NCBI GenBank assembly: GCA_965235115.1
Contig: OZ249437.1
Location: forward strand, 13,764,001 to 13,828,000
Direction of reading: 5' to 3'
DNA length: 64,000 nucleotides
Source of the DNA: Laetmonice hystrix
Lineage: Eukaryota
Shown here: piece after piece, positions 11,301 to 26,300 of the stretch
How the letters are laid out: each line of letters starts with the position of its first letter
How positions within the stretch are numbered: position 1 is the first letter of the stretch
Made by a program: the position numbers and the translations under genes
Notes under the pieces: model-generated
Databases searched by the model: none
Seen by the model: the letters and a program-made list of their open reading frames with translations, nothing else
What the model was told of the DNA's origin: nothing

Positions 11301-14300
11301 CCAGTTATATAGTATTCGAAATGAGAAGGCGTGTATTGTTCTTCTTTGTATCCATACAATTAAATCACATATTATTGAATATCGCCACATCAAGGAAGGC
11401 GCCAGCGTTTTATCTCCGCAAACAGCTTTACTAATAAAAATGAATCGAATGTATCTCTGCGGAAGGAGATAAATGAAAGACAAAGATATGTGTTAGGGAA
11501 TACACACAGCAGAGCAATATTACAATATCATGAGCGGGTTTAAAAAATATTTCTATTATCAGTGAAGTCACGTGATAAGAAAAGCTGCTGTGGACCCGCT
11601 CATATCGTGGCTCTGTGTAAACTGAAGGGAGAGGCGATAGATAGAGGGTTGCGTGCGCACACACTTCAGTGCAGCCGCATATATATACAACTCGTTCACT
11701 AATGAAGGCTATTCACGGACAGCCATTGTCTTCCACATGTTCAACCCCCCCCCCCCCCCCACACACACACACATTTCAACCCACATACCCACCCTTTTCT
11801 ACCCTGTGAATTATTCTACCGTCACCAGCTACTCGCTAATTTGTTCATGGCAAACGCCGGACTTGGCGTTGATGGAGGTACGATAGAGAATCCCTGCCCC
11901 CTGCCACCCCCTCCCCCACCCCCACCCAGTCCGCTGTGTTAGAGTATTGTGGCGGGGCGGGTACGGACGACACAGACCTCTCCAGGCAGACTCCGTCACC
12001 TCCATCTAATGAGCCGGCGCGCAGTTCGCCTGCCTGATGCTTGGTGTCACACAATCGGCATCTTGATTTGCCACTCCGTAATGGAAGTTGGCACGTTTGC
12101 CGACAGCCAATTTTCACGATGAGTTGTGCAACCCGAGGACAACGCCCAATTACTCCGGCTTTTCTCAAGGGACCCAGCAGAGTTCGAGGTTACAGTAACT
12201 TGGAGACGAAAAATGTAAACTAATACAGAAATGGTCGAGCACTGGACGGGCGGGCATCGGATTGAGAAAGTATCATGTTTACAAACCTCTAACTTCTCAC
12301 ATCAGTTTTAGTGTTATATGTATGGAATCACAATTTTGATTTTATAAATGATATAATTATACTTCTCATATACGTATGTCTTGAGGTGTACCGTGGCCTC
12401 TATTTCTAAAAGAAAATGTTTTCTGACCATGAATAAAACTAGTGAAACGATCGAATGACAGTTACCGCAAAATGTACCAGTTTGAGATGTTCTGAAATTT
12501 GTTTACCATACGTTATTCAAGCTTTCTATACATGCCCGTCAGATCCAGTTAAGATGGTATTCCAACAGGTGGATTATGTTTGTGAACTTTTTATTGTTTG
12601 AAATGTCGCATGCAATTTCAAATTATCGGGATGAATCATTTAAGAAGAACTCCCCCGGCTCGGGCCCGTCCGTCCCTTTTCAAGGTCATATAACGAGCTT
12701 ATGCGAGGTATTTTACAGACAATATGACGGCTACGGCGACCTGGTCTCTTATGGCTACATAACGCACGTGTACGCACGTGGAGTTATCACGGCGCACACC
12801 TGGGAAGTGTCTGACGCATGTAACCGAACGTGACTTGACGACGCATATAGGCAGCTTGGTGTCCGGTTACCGGTGGCTACCGCCAGATGGCGCACAAGCT
12901 GCCGCAATGTTAACGAAAAACCGCACGCACCCGTGTGAGATACTGCTGAGAACGGAGATTCCACAATACTTTCTATAATTTTGTAAATTATACGTAAAGC
13001 TAGAATGGGAAATTGGCAACCAGTGGTAGTCCGTGGTGATCTACGGTTGTCATAGAGATATTGAAACGGCATTCTCCTCCAGATGGCTCTGTACTCGTTC
13101 TGACGTAGGCCTACTCTAATCTTGATAAATTGACATTAGACTGAAGCACAATTCAATGTCATTTAGTGGGATAATGAATCATTTTCTGACACAGTGATGT
13201 TAAGTGTGAGAAAACGGCATGTCATCAGAGCCTGGATAGTGTATTAAAGTATAACTCTCTCTCTTTCTCTTTCTCTCTGGTTCTCTCTCTCTGTCTGTCT
13301 CTCTGTCTGCCTCTCTCTCTCTCTCTCTCTCTCTCGCGAAAAGATAGGCTACAAATCGCATGGTCGAGACGTCTATCGTCGTACTCGACCACACAGCGAT
13401 ATATTTCTATAAGCCATTTCATCAGGAAAGCAGCAATTCCTAATAGGCCTAATATGTCACATCCTTTTGCCTTTTAAAAGATATGTTAGCTATGCATCTG
13501 GTGCCGTAAAAACATACGTCTGAAAAAAATGCAAAAAAGGAACCTTAGTATCCCTACCTCCCCACCACTATCATCACAATGCATCTGCTTGCTTTGTCAA
13601 CATCCCCTTTACGTACTCCCCCCTATCTCGCTCCAGTTCTGCACACGCCGTATAGCCGTGTTGTGATTGGTTAGCACGAGTAGTTCGGAGAGTGGCCGCG
13701 CAAACCTAAGGTGGCGCTGTATTATGGTTGTAACGCGTTGCGCCAACCGGAAGCTGATAAGGCGGCGCTTGAGACCGCCTCAACCCGTCTGTCTATATCT
13801 TATCCAAGCGCGAGGAAATGATTACAACATAATGAGAAAATACCTCAGGAATAACATCAATAAAATTCCGTAATGAGCTAAACGGACAATAACCGTGCTG
13901 ATTGATGTGTACGTAATAAAAACGGCTCTTTTCAGAGCTGAAGGGGTTTCTTTAAAAAAACACTTTCAGTTTTTGTGTGTATATCTTTCGCCGTGGGACA
14001 GCCTGGGACTTCTTGATAAAGGCACACAGGACAGGGGTAAAAATACCTGTTTCATGTCTGAAGTAGAGAGATCCACAAGTTCCTCTGAAACTTTTCAGGG
14101 TTTCTAAAACGTCAAGACCGAGGGTAGCTATGCAGTTATCGTATAAGAGGTACAAGGGGGTTGGTGTATACGGAGGGATGACGTCATCGGGAAAAAAGGA
14201 GTCGTTCTTGTGAAGGTCCTTGGTCATACATTTCCTACTTGAAATTAGTTTCTGGAGTCACAATTGAATTATAATCATACAATCCTCTGACTCATCGTCA

Positions 14301-17300
14301 TCGAGGGTTTCTGGGGCAGTTTAATGTCCTTATTTTGAAAAAAAAGTTTTTCTACTTATGCACTCAGTATAAGATGATAACTACAGCGCAATAATTAATG
14401 TCAAGATAACCCATTGCAAGCCTGAAGAAAGGGAAGCAAGCCGCAATCGGTACTTTTGGATAAAGAACTCGATTGTTTCGACGAGTAATTATAATCGCCC
14501 TAATTACTCTAATTATTCAAATAATGGTCCTAACGGCCCTGACTAAGTGAACGCGGTGCGGCACGAATTAGTTCTGCTATCGAAGTTCCAACCCTTCCCA
14601 GTAAAAAATGAATGAATAAAAACACTTTCTAAAAATCGTGAAAGAAAACGGAAATGACGACTGGCCATGACAAAGTGTCAAAACGCTATATATGCAGGCC
14701 AGAGTCAATAAGCGCCCGTTATATCTCTCTGGCAGATTTCAAAATGGTACTTTGCTAGTCCCCCTTTTTTCAGAAAACTGGAGTATGTCAATGTCGTCAA
14801 GGAAAAATGTTCTAGCGCAAGGTACCAACTCACACGGGTCAGCGTAAATTTATCATATTTTGATGCCATCGTGACAGAGTTCCTCTTAGCATTTCCTATA
14901 TCCTGAACGGTTTGTCCCATTTACTATATCCTGGACGGGTTGTTACTTTTGCTATATCCTGAACGGGTTGTTCCTTTTGCTATATCCTGAACGGGTTGTT
15001 CCTTTTACTATATCCTGAACGGGTTGTACCTTTTGCTATATACTGAACGGGTTGTTTCTTTTAGTATTATATTCTGAACGGTTTGCATCATTTCCTATAT
15101 CCTGAACGGTTTGTTTCATTTCCTATATCTTGAACGGTTTGCTCCCTTTACTATATATTGAACGGTTTGTTCCTTTCCTATATGCTGAACGGGTTGTTCC
15201 TTTCCTATGTCCTGAACGGGTTGTTCCTTTCCTTTGTCCTGAACGCTTTGTTCCTTTCCTATATCCTGAACGGGTTGTTCCTTTCCTATATCCTGAACGG
15301 GTTGTTCCTTTGACTATATCCTGAGTTTTTCCTTTCCTATATCCTGAACGGTTTGTTCCTTTCCTATGTTCTGAAGGGGTTGTTCCTTTCCTATGTCCTG
15401 AACGGTTTGTTCCTTTTACTATATCCTGAACGGTTTGTTCCTTTTGCAAACCTCGATCTGAAAACAACACGACTTCCGCGATGTGCCACGCCAGTCTTGG
15501 TGTGCCGAGACTAGTTACAGGAATCGGTTAGGGTGTTTTTATGACTTCTTTTTATCTCAAACACAACGACCACAGAACAATGGCATTATGACAAGGACGC
15601 GGCTGCCTCCATAGCCTTGACAACACTGCGCGCCTAACATGCCGATGAGCTGAGAACAAACGAAGAGGCTGGCACGGGTCGAGGTTTAGGAGGATGAGCC
15701 GCGGTAGAGCGCTCCGCAATCGTCACCAAGCCAATCCTTTGTCGCCATTTCACCGGAAGAAAACTTTTCATCTCCGCAGGCGCACCTGCGACCTCTAGCG
15801 GCAGGGTGGGATCAGAACAAGGGCCCTTCTGCTGACTTTAACCACACAATGTGACCACTGTAACATTCATTCTTTTTTTCGAGATATAGAATTGACATTC
15901 AATCAATTTGTTGCAACCCAGCGGAGCATGAAGATCTATAGAAAGGTACTAGAACGCGTAAAGTAGTGACAGATGGGGTGAGGGGGGGGGGGGGGGCTTG
16001 GATCAAAACACAGAATGATGACCCACCCATCACTCTTCAGATGATACCCGTACCTATTGTAGCCCAGATCAGTGAGTGAGATTCCTACAACGATAGTTGA
16101 ACGTGTGCGCCTGACAGACAAAGCCTTCATGTGCGCGCTCCCTGCCTGACTGACCCGGGCCAGGCCCTGTGAATGATACGACATAAGATACTATCGCTGG
16201 TACCCGTAGTACTCTGACATCAACAGGGCAGTGAATAGTACGGGTACATCTAGAACGGGGTTTGCGATCGTATCAAAGTGCACACTATCGCACGTATGAT
16301 AACCATCCACACAAAACAACGCACGCCTGACATTGCATGCGATCTGATTTTCCCGTGGAAAGGCTATATAAATTTCAAAACAAAATTTGTTCAAAAATTA
16401 AATTAGAGAAAAATATACCTATAAAATCAATATAAACATAAATATTAACTTACATTATGTGCTATTACTAAGTAGGCCTAGTGTTATTATGACATTTTGA
16501 AGCTATAAGCATGTAAGATAATCAATGAAAGACCCTATATGTTATGTCGTAAAATGGAAAGACGGGTAAGACTGAACACTCAGCGGATCTGATCACATGA
16601 CACGGGTATTGGCTCCAGCTTTAGGTCAAAGGTCAAGATCAGACGAGGCTGCATGTACAAAGCCGTTACCTCGCACGCTGGGACCCAGCGGCCGGGAATC
16701 TTTCAAGTTCGCATGAGACCGTGCTTCGTCCAAGGTCGGCGGCAAAGTTCTGGGTCGAGAAGTTCACAATTATTCCTGTTTGACAAAAGGACGTCAGAAC
16801 TATCATGCATTGTTATGGCTGTGAAGTCACGCGCGTAGGAATATGTTCCGATCTAATCACTCAATAAGCATAGCCTGGTCCCCAGCTCTATATTGACTAC
16901 GTATATTGAGCCTGGTGAAGGCTAATCGAAGCGAGCATTGTGATTGGCCCATCGAAAACATGGACGCAAACGAGGTAGTTCCGTACCCTCCGTATTTCTC
17001 CAACAAGGTACAGATATTTTCGTCAATCCCTTTAAAATACAAGTGTTAAATGTCCTCGCTTTTCTGGGTGTAAACATAGCGTCATCGGCCCCCACATACA
17101 CATGGGCATGTTGGGCACTCCCAAGCAGAAGTCGGTCACTCTGTTAACGCTGACCAACGGCACGGAAGGTGGAAGTGCTTGGAGTTTAATCACTTCCGTT
17201 TCGCAGCTTTCTGTTAGCCAGCACCTGGCCTAACATAGCGGATGTGTATGGTAGGCACAGGGGACCAGGCTATCTGTTAGCCAGCACCTGGCCTAACATA

Positions 17301-20300
17301 GCGGATGTGTATGGTAGGCACAGGGGACCAGGCTATCAATACGCACGCGCACTGTTATACGGATTAGGAAGTTACTACACACGGACTAATCGGGCAATTC
17401 GTCGACTTGAATGTCTCGCAGTCACTTTTCGTTTTGAGTAAAGGTATAGAAGCGCCAACACACAATTTTAAGATTCAAAACACTTGGACACTTTGACAAT
17501 TTCATTTTTCACTTTTAGCAGTTCCGATTTTTGGGGGGCTGAACTTTCAAGTTTTCAGAAGCAATATTATTAGGTATATACTACAAAGTAATCAGATCCT
17601 GGATGGCAAATCCCACCTCAACATCAATCCACGCCAGAGACGACCGGCTAGCCTTGCTGTTTCTGCCGTGACGTCCTCATGGCATGAATATATTTGATTG
17701 AATGAAGACCATGAACTTTCTATGTAAACTATTTTCTACCATATCTAGTGTAATATAATTATGCAAACGCATGTGCAGATTTTCCTCGTTTTTTCCTGGC
17801 ATGGAATATCCTGTATAATATTATGGGGTTAGTTTTGTCTGAGCGTCAGCCGGAGGGTACGTGGGAGTTCCTCCTATCCTGCTGTCTAGATTGCTAGCCA
17901 TGCACACGAGGCCCGAATCGCCTTCCAAGATGTCAGTAAGGGGTTCGTTTCAAAGCGCCGAGTGTTTTGATGTTGCGCACCATGAGATCAACCTTATGTA
18001 ACCGGATGGAAAAAAAACAAACGAGTTCCCTGGGAAGATGTCTGGAGGGTATTATAGTATGTATATGTAGGGATATCATTGATAGGTAGGCCGGGGATTG
18101 AGGTGGGGGTGGCTGCCTGCGGTCAGGGGAGGCGGAGATGGAGTGTTGTGGCTTGGCAGCGGTCACTCAGTCGAGAAGGGGGTGGGGTGTTCGAAGGTCC
18201 AGCTTTGTACGGAAAACTGTTTGAAGACGGCAATCATCATCTCAGGTGGAAGCTCGCTGGTGCCAGCTAGCGGGAGGTGAGGAGGGGCAGGGGGCATTCA
18301 TTATTTACCAGATGAAGCAGGCGTATCAATGGCCATGACAGCAACGGAAACATGAATACTTGACATGAGGCAACCATGTTGGATAAACAAAACAAAGACG
18401 CTGCTGCTTGTGACAATAGCCCATGCCAGACAATAGTTCCGATTACTTTCTGGGAGAGTTGCCTTCATAGCGCCAGGCCGGATCCTGTCATTGTGGATCC
18501 ATCAAACAATGGGCCGGCTCCGTCAAACAATAGGGCGTCACCGCAGGGTTGGAGGAGGGACAAACAATGGGTTAGTTTGCCGTATGGACGCCAGAGGGCG
18601 GGGAGAAGTCTCACTGGACTTCAGACACTGGCCCAATACGAACCAAAAATTGGCCCACCGCTGACCCACCGCCGGCCCACCGCCAGCCCACCGCCGACGG
18701 AATACCAGCAGAGAGCGACTCATTCGTCACTCTTCCATCAGCGATGTCAATAACAAATTCAAAGTCTCTGATTCTCGTTAAGTGGGACTTGAATGTTACG
18801 TCCGATGGCGGAGGCTATGAGGGACTATTTCCTGCCTCACGAGAGAGGCAAAGCCGTTTCTATAAGTATGTCAATCCCATTGATCATCCATCATGGGGGA
18901 AGGGGTGGGGGCGGATTACAACTAGCTGACGTCGGGAGTAGACGCTGTGGGGTGATCGTAATCTGACCACCGACCTTGCAAGGACATCTTTGATCTCCGC
19001 GCCTTTCTAAGGTTTCTCGTGGACGTTGAGTTACGTTCAATAACAGACCCCAAGGTCAGTGTGTACGTTCGCAAGACCGATTGTTTTTGGCCAAAATAGG
19101 ATTTATAAAGAGGACAGCAAACAGAATAAAAGGTGAAGTCGAAATATATCTATTTCGGATTAAAAAAAAGCCGTTTATATTTGTCCCAGGCGTACCATAA
19201 ATCGCGGAAACCAATCAAAACTTGATGTTGAAGCATACATAGTTTAAATAATCAAAAGATGTCGAAATCCTTTTGGGCTAGACGCTTATCACATGATTAG
19301 GGCAGAATTCTATGGTCCTGATGCATTGACATGTGTTCCCGTAACGTGAAAAAAAACTGGAGGAAGACTAGCTAAGTTGATGATAACTCACGGTGCAATC
19401 AGCCTGTGATTGGCTCATTGGTACGGTGGCCCAAAAGGGACACCGTTATTTTATAGTTTGTATTTTTCCTGTGTATTACAACTTTTTAAAGAAACACTTT
19501 GATTTTTTTCTTCTATTTCCACCGGGGTGAAAAGTATTTCCACCGGGGTGAAAATTATTTCCACCGGGGTGAAAAGTATTTCCACCCAGGTGAAAAGTAT
19601 TTCTACCCGGGTGAAAAAATGTTTCTTTAAAATGTGAAAAAATGTTTCTTTAAAATGTGAAAAAATGTTTCTTTAAAAAGTTGTAATACGCAGGGAAAAT
19701 ACAAACTATAAAATAACGATGTCCCTTTTGGGCCACCGTACATTGGGACCAGCCCCAGCGGTCTCAGATTAAATACACCTAAGTATTCATGTAAGTAAGA
19801 GTGTATATTAAGGGGTGACACGTGCCTGCACCGCACCTTTAACATTAGGCCTATAATATGTAATAGAAAATGACGCCACCAGGTACATACATGTGCCACC
19901 GGTGACAGTGGGCCCACCTTTGCTGCAGTTGCCCGTCTGACCCAGCCAGTTGGTCCCCTTACACGTCAAGTACCATGTCTCGTCTGTGAAGTTACATCTG
20001 ATGACAGCTGTTTCTCCGTCAATCCTAGCCCAGCCGTTCTTTGGGACGGGGAGCTGGGGGCAGCCAATCACTGGAAGCAAGTCGCGCCATTAAATACAAC
20101 GTAGATACATGATCTAACAGCTAAAAGTAGCTACATAATACAGCCTTACTGCAGTTTCATATATACGTCAGTTATTGAAAGTTTAACAATATATGTATAT
20201 AAGGGAAGATATCTATTGACGTATGATATTCTATATATAAGGTTACAGAATAGGATCTTGTGATTAATGTCAAAAGATCAGTGATAAAATTGTGTTGTGC

Positions 20301-23300
20301 AGTTGAACAACATAAACCATGGGGAGGTGAGGATATTATAGCACTGAAGAATATGTACACAACAATGTAAGGACTAAGTAAAGACCTTACAGTAAATGTA
20401 GGCCTGGTGCAGTGTGTCTTTAATGATTACAGCAGAAAATGTAGTATTGCTGTCAAAGGGCCTCATTCATGCAGCTGTTGTTGGACCTCAAAGGCTGGCT
20501 GTTTAGCTAATTATTGATGTCACAAAGGCCAAGTACCCTCTGAGGTCGACATCGACGCTGTATCTAACATTTAGCGACATCTATTGAAAACCTCCACGCG
20601 TGTCAATTAAAAGCGCAACTAAATGCACATATGTAACTGTAGATGAGATCAGTGCAAAGGAAAGGTCGCCGCTTACATCATATGATACTTTCTCCATGAT
20701 CATTAGAAAATAACTGGTCGAAACTGTATGAGCCATCAAACTAATGATTGGGCTTCTAGATAATACAAAAGTGAACTATATGTAGACTTATAACTCAGGG
20801 ACAATATTTTCTACCACGCTTTGACACAGAAAAAAAGAAAAAGAAGAAAACAAAGAGATTGAAATAGGCAATGTAGTGATGCTGTGGCGAAACTCCAGCA
20901 GATGGAAGAATGACAATACAGATACTTCAAAGGCACTCAAATATAGGCCGACGTGCTCATCAGTGGAATACAGCACATATTCACATCAGTGGCGGTCGCT
21001 CTGCAAGCAAGCCAGGCCATTATTTGCTATAAAGCTGCCTCCAAGCGAGAGTGCTAAGCCGTATCATTTGAAAATTAAAGACGTTTCCGTTGTCATAATA
21101 GAGTCGTCATCAAAGGATCTCGAAGGCTAGGCCTGTCCACGGTTGTTTAATCGGCTTAATGCAGATTCAGTAGACGCCTCAGATCTGCGCGTGCCTGTGT
21201 CTGCGCATGTTCGTGACGTCACGGCCGCTCACGCGTGCCGCTCAGACTTCCGGGGATCTATGACCTGTCTGTGTGGACCAGTGATTGTCGCTGTGGGTGG
21301 TTGGGCGCTCAAATGGAGAAAAAGGGGGACACACAACTAATAGGCCCAGACACCCGCTTAAACTGGGATACCAGTAACTGTGGTGCTTATGTATTGAAAT
21401 AAAATATTTTCTTCTTGATCGCCTATCTCTGCTGCTGCTCCACCTCCTCCTTTAAATTTTTCCGCGGATACTTTTCAAACATGTCTTGTATAGACCTTCT
21501 ACGGGCCCGTCCTTTTTTCGCATCGATGCAAGGAAATGGGTAAGTCTGACAGGAAGACAATAGCCGTTGTCATATGTCAGAGTCACGTGTCTTACCCCAT
21601 TATATCTGCTACACAGGTGCCACCCAATATCTCTGTCTATGACAGAGACCGCCGGCTGACAGTGAGGTCATTCAGAACGGCAATGTGCGACTGGAAGACG
21701 AAGAAGAAGAGAGAGAGAGAGGGGGAGAGAGAGGGAGAGGGAGGGAGAGAGGGACAGAGAGAGAGAGGGGGGTAGAGAGGGGGAGAGAGGGAGAGGGAGA
21801 GAGATGGAGGGGGAGAGGGAGAGAGACGGAGAGAGAGAGGGAGAGAGAGACGGAGAGAGAGGGGGGAGGGAGAGAGAGAGAGAGAGAGAGGGAGAGAGAG
21901 GGGGGAGAGAGAGACGGAGAGAGAGGGGGAGAGAGAAAGGGAGAGAGAGACGGAGAGAGAGGGGGGAGAGAGAGGGAAATGGTTAGTCAGGGATGCGATC
22001 ATAACTGAATCAGTTTTCGCCATGGCACACCCCGATACCTAAACATACATCAGTGAACGCACTAATGAATATCATCGAAAAACTCATAAAAGTTTTTTTT
22101 TCAAAGCTGCCGTATATTTGCAAAGTAAATCGTTGCCCCAAGGCTTCAATGCCGTTAGAGCGCAGCACGTTTCCATATTAGACTCGATGTATTTTCTGAA
22201 CCCAGTGCCCTGCTCAAACAGGTGAAGATTCATGATACAACTGGCAAGTTGGGGGGGGGGGGGGGGGGGCGACAACATTTCATGTTATAGGCGTCGAGCT
22301 AATCCTGAAGTATACAGTCAGAGGTCCTTATAGTATTCTGTCATTTGGGCGTGAAGGGAGGTGGGCCGATGACAGCAGCCACATATGGCATGGTCCATAC
22401 TGCACCAAGGCTTTGTGAGATATTGGCTCGGTGATGGTTGGAATACCCACACCCCTACACCCACACCCCACACCCCTCGCTCCCTCAGGTGGCTGCTGCT
22501 GGCTGCATGAAGAGGGGGCCTGATGTCACTGGCAGACAGGTACCTAATGAGGCGGCACATCAAAGAGAGGCGGTGGGGCGTGGAGATTCTTAGCGTTCTG
22601 CGCCGGGAGGATCCGGGCGGGGTGTGGGTGTGTGGGGTGTGGGGTGTGGGGCGTGGGGGTGGAGGTGGAGGTGGGGGTGGGTAGGTGGTGGGGACTCGAC
22701 CACTCGCACCGGCAGCGTTAATTATTTGGGTCCATGGTGGGTGTCATTTAAACCGAATCCGGGACAGGTCTGTAGACACGAGTAGGCCTACACGTTCTCT
22801 GGTTGTGTCCCACTCCAACATGTATCCCTGGATACAGTCACCGGATACATTACATCAAGAACACCGCCCGATATTGCGTGGATATTACGACAACCACAAA
22901 CGTTCTCTGCGGAATGATGGTCATCTCCGAACAACTCGAGTCAACCCCTGAGTCACCGTCCAAAATGCCCGGGGCTTTGTAATAGGGCGGCTGGTCCATC
23001 AAGGGTCATCTCCGTGTGGGTTTGCTTTGACCCCTGAGGTCAGGCCCTGACCTGACCTTGACCCGGTGTGGTGCCCACCCGTGACCTCAATAACGATGTC
23101 GTTGGCCTTTCGTAATGACGGCGTGTCAGAAAAAGACAAAGATACGCGATTCATGATGTAGGGGGGAGGGCGGGGGGTCTCGGTGGGCCCTACTGGCCTG
23201 GACCTCTGCCACCGCCGGGCCCCCGGGACAAATTGACGCAGCCTTTATCGCTCCCAGCCAGAGCGGACGCTGACCTATCATAATCAGAAATAATTTTCTG

Positions 23301-26300
23301 ATTGAAACGACCGATATAATCGAGAATCTGATAAAGCCATGACGATTATGAAAAACAGAAACGAGAGACCAACTGACCAATATAATCAATAGTCACGACA
23401 CACGGACGAATGTCTATTCGTGCAGAAATCTATGGATACAATTACTGCTTCACCAACCTTCATATTTGAGCAGATACGTTCCCAAAGTCTCCAAAACATT
23501 TGGATTTACGAACTTGATCTCAACCTCGTTGGATTGCGACAGGTGGATATTAGTGACGCGACTTTCGCTGCCGCATGAAGTCAAACTTTTGACATGTCCG
23601 CCGTCACGAAGTAGTGCAAATTCATAGCACACATCCGATTTCCCGACATCATCCTCAAATCCAGGCATGAGTTTGAAGGATTCCGCTTGGCGATAGAGGT
23701 TGAGAAGCGACAGCGATATTCGCTGTCCTGGTCGCGCGCGAATAAGCCAGGGACACTGAATTGAGCCGAAGCCACCTTCTTTGGTGATGGTGCTGGCGAT
23801 GTAGCCCGACCCGGCCGTCAGCACCAAATGCTTGTCTCTGTTACACGCTTGTTGGGAGCCCATGGCCACTGAAATCACAAGAATACAGACTGGTAAAAGC
23901 ACAGCATATAAAACTGGATCGTTGAGTTCGTTCCGTTTACCAGCGCAGTGATATATTGAACGGTTCGTTCGCGGATAATGTGAACACGGCCAAGTACCAA
24001 CAATCTGACATGTAAATGACCACCGTCACCCGTTCATAATCAATAACCTAGTCTCTCCCATTTCACTTCAAAGTAACAATAAAATGGAGCGCAATTAAAT
24101 TCAATGATACATCAAAATGATCAACCCATACCAAGCTGTCAGACGGCACATGAAGCCGGCTCACTAATGTTGCACTGCCCATTTGACTGGCAATTATATA
24201 AAACCAAACAATTGCGCAACTTAGACTCTCAACAATTACGCGCGTCGTTTTTGAATGTCAGCTGCCATTTGGCGACCTAATTGAACACATGCGTCTACTC
24301 ATGTTGATAATTGGAATTTGACTTTTTTGTCTGATTTAATTGCTTTAATTCACATGGAGCTCAGCTGAGCTGTCATGCGCGTCTATGTGACGGGAAGATT
24401 ATATGGCATTCCGTAATGCTGACGAGCGATTCCTGCAGTGATAATGGGGGACGCTTAAGCAATCAACCGGCGCTGCTGAAACCGGACTAAATCCGCCGTC
24501 TTCTTGGCGCATTTCCTGAAATACGAGAATTACTGAGACGAATTATACCGCGCTGTATCGACTGAGGTAAAACTCGACTGGTTAGAACACTGATGGGAGG
24601 CGTTCATAACCTAAGGTGATACATGCAAGAATAAAAATATGAAATAACCCACGTTAATATATACTTATGCCTGTATTAAAGTAGCTCATGTTTTCCCTGA
24701 TCTGCCAGATCTGTCGAATTTGAAACACTGACAAATAGAATTCATTCCGGTTTGGATAGGCTTAAAGATTTAACAAAGATTAATTTGTATCATACCTTTT
24801 TATAAATCTCAGTGTGCTAAAACAAATAGTGCTGAACTATTCTATGCTAATGGAGATGCCAAGAGTGGCCTTCCGTGTCTAATAGAATATTAGATAATAA
24901 ACAGCACATCATCTTTGTATGATTTTCTTTCCAATAATTCAAGAAAATATTACAACTGCACTAAAAATATGGCGGAGGCTGTGCAGTAAATCGTAGCATT
25001 TCTTTAGACTTTGGTGGTTTTAATTGGATCAGTAGGAATCATCAGATAACCTTGGAGGTAATTTATATTGAGTGAATATGATAAAGTACACTAGGGAGCA
25101 TTAATCTTTCTGTCAAAATATGCCCCAAAAATATCAAAACAAACGTTGGCTGTCATGAACATAATTCATTATTCAAATGCGGAAACTTCGAGAAGTCGTG
25201 AATTGAAGGCAGCGATCGGTTTCAGTCGGCAGCAAACGGCCCAATGGTGACCGCTGTGACCGGTGGTCACATGGCGAGCCTCGCCGGCTCCTCAACCTGC
25301 CATCTATCGTCGGTCACCGCCGTCAGCTGCCCGCTGCCGCCCGCGCCCCCTGGCGACCAAAGGGCTGACCCAGGCCGCGATCCCGAGGCTCGCAGACGTC
25401 GTAACCCTGTGATCCACAGACTGCCCGGCCAAATGCTGATTTATCGAAATGGCGGGTCATATTTCGCTGAGAGAATAATCAGCGGCGGCTCGGGGGTGGG
25501 GGGTTGTCCCCCGACAGGGCTCTTATGATTATAGGCCGACTTCTGGTTCAGCGGGGTCTAATTGCACGTGACCAAACGCGTGGCCCGCACACGCTGAATC
25601 ACGTACCCCGCGAGACCTAAAACAATACCAGCCAATAGTGGTGATCAAGCTACCTTTTAAAATGTACGCTAATACGATCATTATGTAAATAATCACAGCA
25701 GTGCCATGCTGACTAGAGGTGACCTGAGGTGAACAACCTGAACCTGAGGACGCGAGATCTTGCTCCGTCCTGACATGGCGAAATGTCAAGAGTTCAGGTA
25801 ACGACATCATACGCTCCAGGACTTGGGCATCGCTGTACAATTAGCACGCTAAAAACAGATGCCTCAGTCAAAAGGTACATGGCCAGAAGCACAAGTACAG
25901 GTACGTAAATGTCAGTGTGAAATATTAATACTGTATTAAGTCTGTACATTTGTATTTTTGTTCAGCGCGAACACTATTTTTACCCCCGCAGCAAAACCGT
26001 CGCCATGGCCCTACTTTGCGTTATACAATCCTGCTTAATTCGTCGAATAGAATAAACAGACACACCATAATGTCTAGTAACATCATAATATTATTGTAGT
26101 TCACCTTGTAGTTCAACTTTTCGCAAATATATTGGGAGATTGCTGCTCCCTCCCCCGACCCCCTGAGAAACTCAATCCTCTTCATGACCTATAGGCCTAC
26201 AGGCCTACTGCAGGCATTTCATCCGGTCCAACTCTGCATCGGTTTTGCGAGACCTATAGTAAATTACTGGTATCCCGAAGCATACCGCCACTGAATGTGT

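Noticed and set aside
21637-22023. RE-rich and SL/P-rich ORFs
   Set aside because: GA microsatellite.
25529-25840. 103-aa ORF with a hydrophobic stretch inside the receptor intron
   Set aside because: No recognisable domain, no convincing phase-1 borders, and the SUEL and CUB exons already join directly.
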